Below are positions 31,281 through 37,834 of a DNA stretch of 37,834 nucleotides, in pieces. Source of the DNA: Nitrosospira sp. (GTDB lineage Bacteria > Pseudomonadota > Gammaproteobacteria > Burkholderiales > Nitrosomonadaceae); NCBI GenBank assembly GCA_035692965.1, contig DASSHJ010000228.1, forward strand, positions 1 through 37,834, read 5' to 3'. The notes beneath the pieces are model-generated. The model had not been told where the DNA came from, did not search any database, and saw nothing but the letters and a program-made list of their open reading frames with translations. The translations under genes were made by a program, and so were the position numbers. The number at the start of each line of letters is the position of its first letter. The first letter of the stretch is position 1.

Positions 31281-32141
31281 GTGGAAGTCATTACCGATAT
31301 CGCATCCCTCCGGCAGCGCCTCAAATACGAGCCATCGATCGCTTTTGTGCCTACCATGGGCAATCTCCACGCCGGCCATTTATCTCTGGTGCGAACCGCT
31401 CGACAAAAGGCCCAGTGCGCAGTAGTGAGCGTTTTTGTAAATCGCCTCCAGTTCGGCCCAAAGGAAGATTTTGGCCGGTATCCTCGCACCTTGGCGGAAG
31501 ATTGCGCGCTTCTGGAAAATGAAGGCGTCGATGTCGTATTTGCCCCCGGCGAAACTGAACTCTATCCCGTCGCCCAGGAATTCCAGGTCCTGACTCCGCC
31601 GATGGCTGACACTCTCGAAGGTGCGTTCCGTCCCGGCTTTTTCCAAGGCGTTTCAACTGTGGTGCTGAAGCTATTGAATATCGTGCAGCCCGCCGTGGTG
31701 GTCTTTGGAAAGAAGGATTACCAGCAACTCGTTCTCATGCGCCAGCTGGTGAGAGAGTTCAATCTTCCGCTTGAGATTGTTGCGGGTGAAACCGAGCGCG
31801 CGGCCGATGGTCTGGCTCTCAGTTCCCGCAACAGCTATCTTACGCTGGAGGAACGCGCCGAAGCGACACGACTGTACCAGGTGCTGTCACATATAAAACA
31901 GCAAATGGAGAGCGGAGCTGGCAATCCGCGTGAACTGGAGGCGGACGCGAAACAAAATCTACAAGATCATGGCTGGCAGGTGGATTATGTGACCATATGC
32001 GATCGTTGTACCTTGGCGCGGGCAGGCGCCCGCGACGGGAATCTGGTAGTCCTGGGGGCAGCCCGATTGGGTAAAACGCGCCTGATCGATAATCTTGAAA
32101 TTTCAATGGAAGGGTGCGGCGACGTACGGAAGAAGCGGTGA
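31281..32141 (+). CDS. panC: Pantoate-beta-alanine ligase
   Basis: GTG start; [30 protein letters not shown] and RLIDN. Confidence 0.98.
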   Translation: MEVITDIASLRQRLKYEPSIAFVPTMGNLHAGHLSLVRTARQKAQCAVVSVFVNRLQFGPKEDFGRYPRTLAEDCALLENEGVDVVFAPGETELYPVAQEFQVLTPPMADTLEGAFRPGFFQGVSTVVLKLLNIVQPAVVVFGKKDYQQLVLMRQLVREFNLPLEIVAGETERAADGLALSSRNSYLTLEERAEATRLYQVLSHIKQQMESGAGNPRELEADAKQNLQDHGWQVDYVTICDRCTLARAGARDGNLVVLGAARLGKTRLIDNLEISMEGCGDVRKKR

Positions 32142-32258
32142 GCGTACGCTATCCTTTCATCATGTCCCCCAACCCCAACGGCGAATCGGGCTTCCATCTA
32201 TCGGTAGCCTGGATACCCAATGGGCCAGGGTGATCAGCAACTTTAAGAGGAGAACAAA

Positions 32259-32798
32259 ATGGCCGAATTAATTGCAGTGGGGTTCCAGGACCCCGAAGAA
32301 GCCGATCGCGTTTTGCTGCGGCTTAGCAAGTTAAAAAAGGAATATCTGATCGATCTCGAGGACGCGGTTGTAGTGGTTCGCGACGAAGAGGGCAAAGTCC
32401 ATCTGAAGCAAAGTATCAACCTCGTCTCGGCGGGAGCCACCTCCGGGTTTCTCACGGGGAGCATGATGGGTGCGCTGGTCGGCATGTTATTTCTGAACCC
32501 GCTTGCCGGGTTCGTGGTTGGCAGCGCCTTCGGGGCAGGTGCAGGCGCACTGTCCGGCTCGCTGTCCGATTACGGTATCAATGATAATTTCATAAAATCG
32601 GTTGCTGAAACAATTCCCCGTAACTCATCAGCTCTTTTTATTCTTGTGCGCAAGGCACAACCAGAGCGCGTTCTAGCTGAGCTCTCGGGGGTTAAAGGCA
32701 AAATCCTGCACACTTCGCTATCCCCCGAGCAAGAGAAAAAACTTCAGGAGGCGCTCGAAGGATCTAAACCCGGTAGCCAGCTTGCCCCTGGGCAGTGA
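32259..32798 (+). CDS. DUF1269-like membrane protein
   Basis: GAGGAG ribosome-binding site; DLEDAVVVVRDEEGKVHLKQ, a Gly-rich hydrophobic hairpin, DYGINDNFI and TSLSPEQE. Confidence 0.85.
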   Translation: MAELIAVGFQDPEEADRVLLRLSKLKKEYLIDLEDAVVVVRDEEGKVHLKQSINLVSAGATSGFLTGSMMGALVGMLFLNPLAGFVVGSAFGAGAGALSGSLSDYGINDNFIKSVAETIPRNSSALFILVRKAQPERVLAELSGVKGKILHTSLSPEQEKKLQEALEGSKPGSQLAPGQ

Positions 32799-32900
32799 CA
32801 TCACCTGGAATACCAGGAAATGGCGCTACATTCAGGAATCGGTGAAGCAGTTTAGGAGTGGAACTTAATTTTCCCGCCAACCTGCTTCGCTCAATCAGAA

Positions 32901-33535
32901 TCATATCTCCTTCAGGTATTCGTGCACGAATTGCATAGCCATTACACCTTCACCCACTGCGGCTGTCACACGCTCGGTTGAACCTGACCGAACGTCGCCC
33001 GCAGCGAACACCCTTGGCCGGCTCGTCTCAAGCAAGAACGGCTGACGGTTCAATATCCATAGGGGTGAACTTGCAATCGACATGCCCCGTTTTGACGAAG
33101 CCCTTGTTGTCAGTTGCGATGTGCGGCAGGAGCCAATCCGTATGCGTCGCCGAGTAGTAAACCCCAGCGCCGTCGAACTTCTCACGATTTTCCACATCGA
33201 GCTTGCGATAGTCGGCTCCCGTCGCGATCAGCAGGCACCGGGCGAAAACCCGCTCGCCGTTGTCGAGATGCAAAACCGGATAAGCTTCGTCGAACTCCAA
33301 CGTCGTGACTCGTGAAGGCGTCGAGATCTCAGCGCCGAACCTCCGCGCTTGAAGAACGGCTCGATCGGCCAACTCCTCTCCTGAAACCCCGGTCGGGAAG
33401 CCGAGATAGTTTTCGATTTTCGAGGTGCCACCAGCTTGTCCGCCCGGAGCTGTCTGCTCCAGCACGAGCGTGTTCAATCCTTCGCTCGCCCCGTACACAG
33501 CCGCGGCCAACCCTGCTGGCTCCCCCGCCCACGAT
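32901..33535 (-). pseudogene. Thioredoxin-reductase-like FAD-dependent oxidoreductase, fragmented
   Basis: IVGGG/PAGLAAAVYGASEGL is split by a 1-nt frameshift. GGQAGGTSKIENYLGFP and LIATGA follow, then GVYYSAT joined directly to HTDWL (NADPH domain missing). A second frameshift precedes ETSRPRVFAAGDVRSGS...AVGEG. Confidence 0.9.
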
Positions 33536-34120
33536 TCATTCGACGTGATGATCGACGGTCACGGGTAAGTGGGCAATTTAAAGTATTCCCAAGCGCCTCG
33601 GCTGTCTCAAGCCGTTCCGCAGGGGCGGAAATATGTTGGGAATGCCGGGAGCGGTCAGGCTCTCTTCACCTTTGACCCCCGGTTGACGGCCATGTTAATG
33701 ATCCAGAGGGGATTGGGGCGTACGGCGACGTCCAACGACACAAGTAATACTTTAAATCAATATAGACAAGAAAAACGAAACAAAAAAGAGAATGGATGGT
33801 CCGCCTTATCGAGCTCCCAATTCTGGCCTTTTGCAGCACCTTCCTATGGCGTTAACATTCCAACAGCATTTGAGCTGCGGAAGACCGTTTACTCTGCTGG
33901 CATTAAACAGTTAAGCCTGATCTGCAACGGCAGGAGTTCTCCCGAGCTTCCTCTGCCCTCCGCAATGAAACGGTTGCCCCTCGTCGTTGTTTAACGACAT
34001 TCGACATATCTTTTGTTTCAAGGCCTTATCCCTTTATTTCTGTTTTTCGTTGCTTGAAAGCAACAGTCCTCCAACCCTCACCGCATAGATAACTCTTTGT
34101 TTTCACCTGATTTATAGATC

Positions 34121-34136
34121 TGGCACGAAAAATGCT
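34121..34136 (+). promoter_or_regulatory. Sigma54 (RpoN) -24/-12 promoter
   Basis: TGGCACGAAAAATGCT matches consensus TGGCACG-N4-TTGCW at all but one position, with exact GG-N10-GC spacing. It lies about 155 nt upstream of the Crp/Fnr gene, after an AT-rich region. Confidence 0.75.
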
Positions 34137-34291
34137 TAAGTTTAAAAGTGTGCTACCGGTGATACAAAAGAGGGGCGCTGCCCCGGAAGCACATCAAGTA
34201 GAGATGGGTGATGTGAGCTTGTCATGGTTTTCGTACGGCTTGACGAAAACCGGTCGACTTGCTGAGAAATTCCACTTCAAGGAGGTGTTTC

Positions 34292-35059
34292 ATGTTTTCA
34301 CTGCACAGTCCGAAGCAAAACCGCATCCTTGCCGCCTTGCCAGCGCAAGATTACGCGCGACTGCTTCCATTTATGGAATTCGTGCCGATGCCTCTTGGGC
34401 AAACAATTTATGAGCCGAATAGCGCTGTCACGCATCTTTATTTTCCAACGACCAGCATTGTTGCGCCGATCTACGCGGTCGAGAACGGCGCCTCGGTCCG
34501 GCTTGCCATTATTGGCAACGAAGGAATGACCGGTACCTGCTTTCTTCTGGGTGGCGGGGGTACGCCTTCCGGAGTCGTCGTACAAAGTGATGGATGCGGT
34601 TATCGAATCAAGGCAAACACGGTAAAAAAAGAATTCGAGACAGGAGGAAGCCTGCAACATGCGATTTTGCGCTATACGCAAGCATTGCTGACCCAAACCG
34701 CACAGAACGCGGTATGCAACCGCCATCACAAGATAGAGCAGCAACTGTGCCGGTTTCTCCTGATGAGTCTCGATCGGTTGCCGACTGAGGAAATGCGGAT
34801 GACCCACGAGCAGATAGCCATCATGCTGGGCGTCCGCAGGGAAAGCGTGACCCAGGCGGCGCTGAAATTGCAGACGATCAACGCTATCCGGTACAGCCGG
34901 GGACACATTACCGTTCTGGATCGCGAAGAACTCGAAAATGCCGTGTGCGAATGCTATGAGGTGGTCAATGACGAATATGACCGGCTGCTCTCGAATCGCA
35001 GCAATATGCACTCGACTTCGAGACAAGTGTCCGGCAAGGAGTTGTGGTCCGTGAGTTGA
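34292..35059 (+). CDS. Crp/Fnr family transcriptional regulator
   Basis: AAGGAGGT ribosome-binding site before the ATG at 34292. N-terminal cNMP-like domain (NRILAALP, YFPTTSIV, IGNEG), AVCNRHHKIEQQLCRFLL, and HTH MTHEQIAIMLGVRRESVT. C-terminal CECY. Confidence 0.95.
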   Translation: MFSLHSPKQNRILAALPAQDYARLLPFMEFVPMPLGQTIYEPNSAVTHLYFPTTSIVAPIYAVENGASVRLAIIGNEGMTGTCFLLGGGGTPSGVVVQSDGCGYRIKANTVKKEFETGGSLQHAILRYTQALLTQTAQNAVCNRHHKIEQQLCRFLLMSLDRLPTEEMRMTHEQIAIMLGVRRESVTQAALKLQTINAIRYSRGHITVLDREELENAVCECYEVVNDEYDRLLSNRSNMHSTSRQVSGKELWSVS

Positions 35060-35067
35060 GGGGAGCC

Positions 35068-35128
35068 CCGGACTACTCAGCGTAAACTGACACCCTCCCC
35101 CAACAACGGTTTACACTGGGTAGCCCGG
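35068..35128. terminator. Long imperfect inverted repeat between convergent crp-like and acnA genes
   Basis: CCGGACTACTCAGCGTAAACTG (35068-35089) matches the reverse complement of CGGTTTACACTGGGTAGCCCGG (35107-35128) at 18/22 positions. Confidence 0.55.
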
Positions 35129-35158
35129 CTTGTCGCCACGATATTGAAAGCACCGTTT

Positions 35159-37834
<2,676 letters not shown>

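Noticed and set aside
33569..33994. 141-aa plus-strand ORF in the AT-rich spacer
   Set aside because: No clear ribosome-binding site or domain; more simply explained as pseudogene remnant plus regulatory DNA, though it cannot be fully excluded.

Overview
Chromosomal window of a betaproteobacterium. Gene content suggests an ammonia-oxidising Nitrosospira-like organism (inference, not a database result). From left to right: (1) an E. coli-type NADH:quinone oxidoreductase operon on the minus strand (nuoA, B, fused CD, E-L, and nuoM running off the left edge); (2) an accessory block of mostly exported or redox proteins (HExxH protein, pentapeptide-repeat protein, exported BCP peroxiredoxin, djlA, YfcG-like GST, lipoprotein); (3) a decaying tandem pair of HAF-repeat/PEP-CTERM genes, one carrying an 11-copy GGGTTC expansion of the Pro-Glu sorting codons; (4) ettA, two small secreted proteins, murA, and ridA-recG-ABC ATPase-pcnB-folK-deoxynucleoside kinase-panB-panC; (5) a DUF1269-like protein, a thioredoxin-reductase-like pseudogene, a Crp/Fnr regulator behind a near-consensus sigma54 promoter, and acnA running off the right edge. 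I saw no rRNA, tRNA, CRISPR array, integrase or transposase, and I cannot support a clearly new multi-gene system. The most unusual signals are the PEP-CTERM locus and several intergenic motifs.
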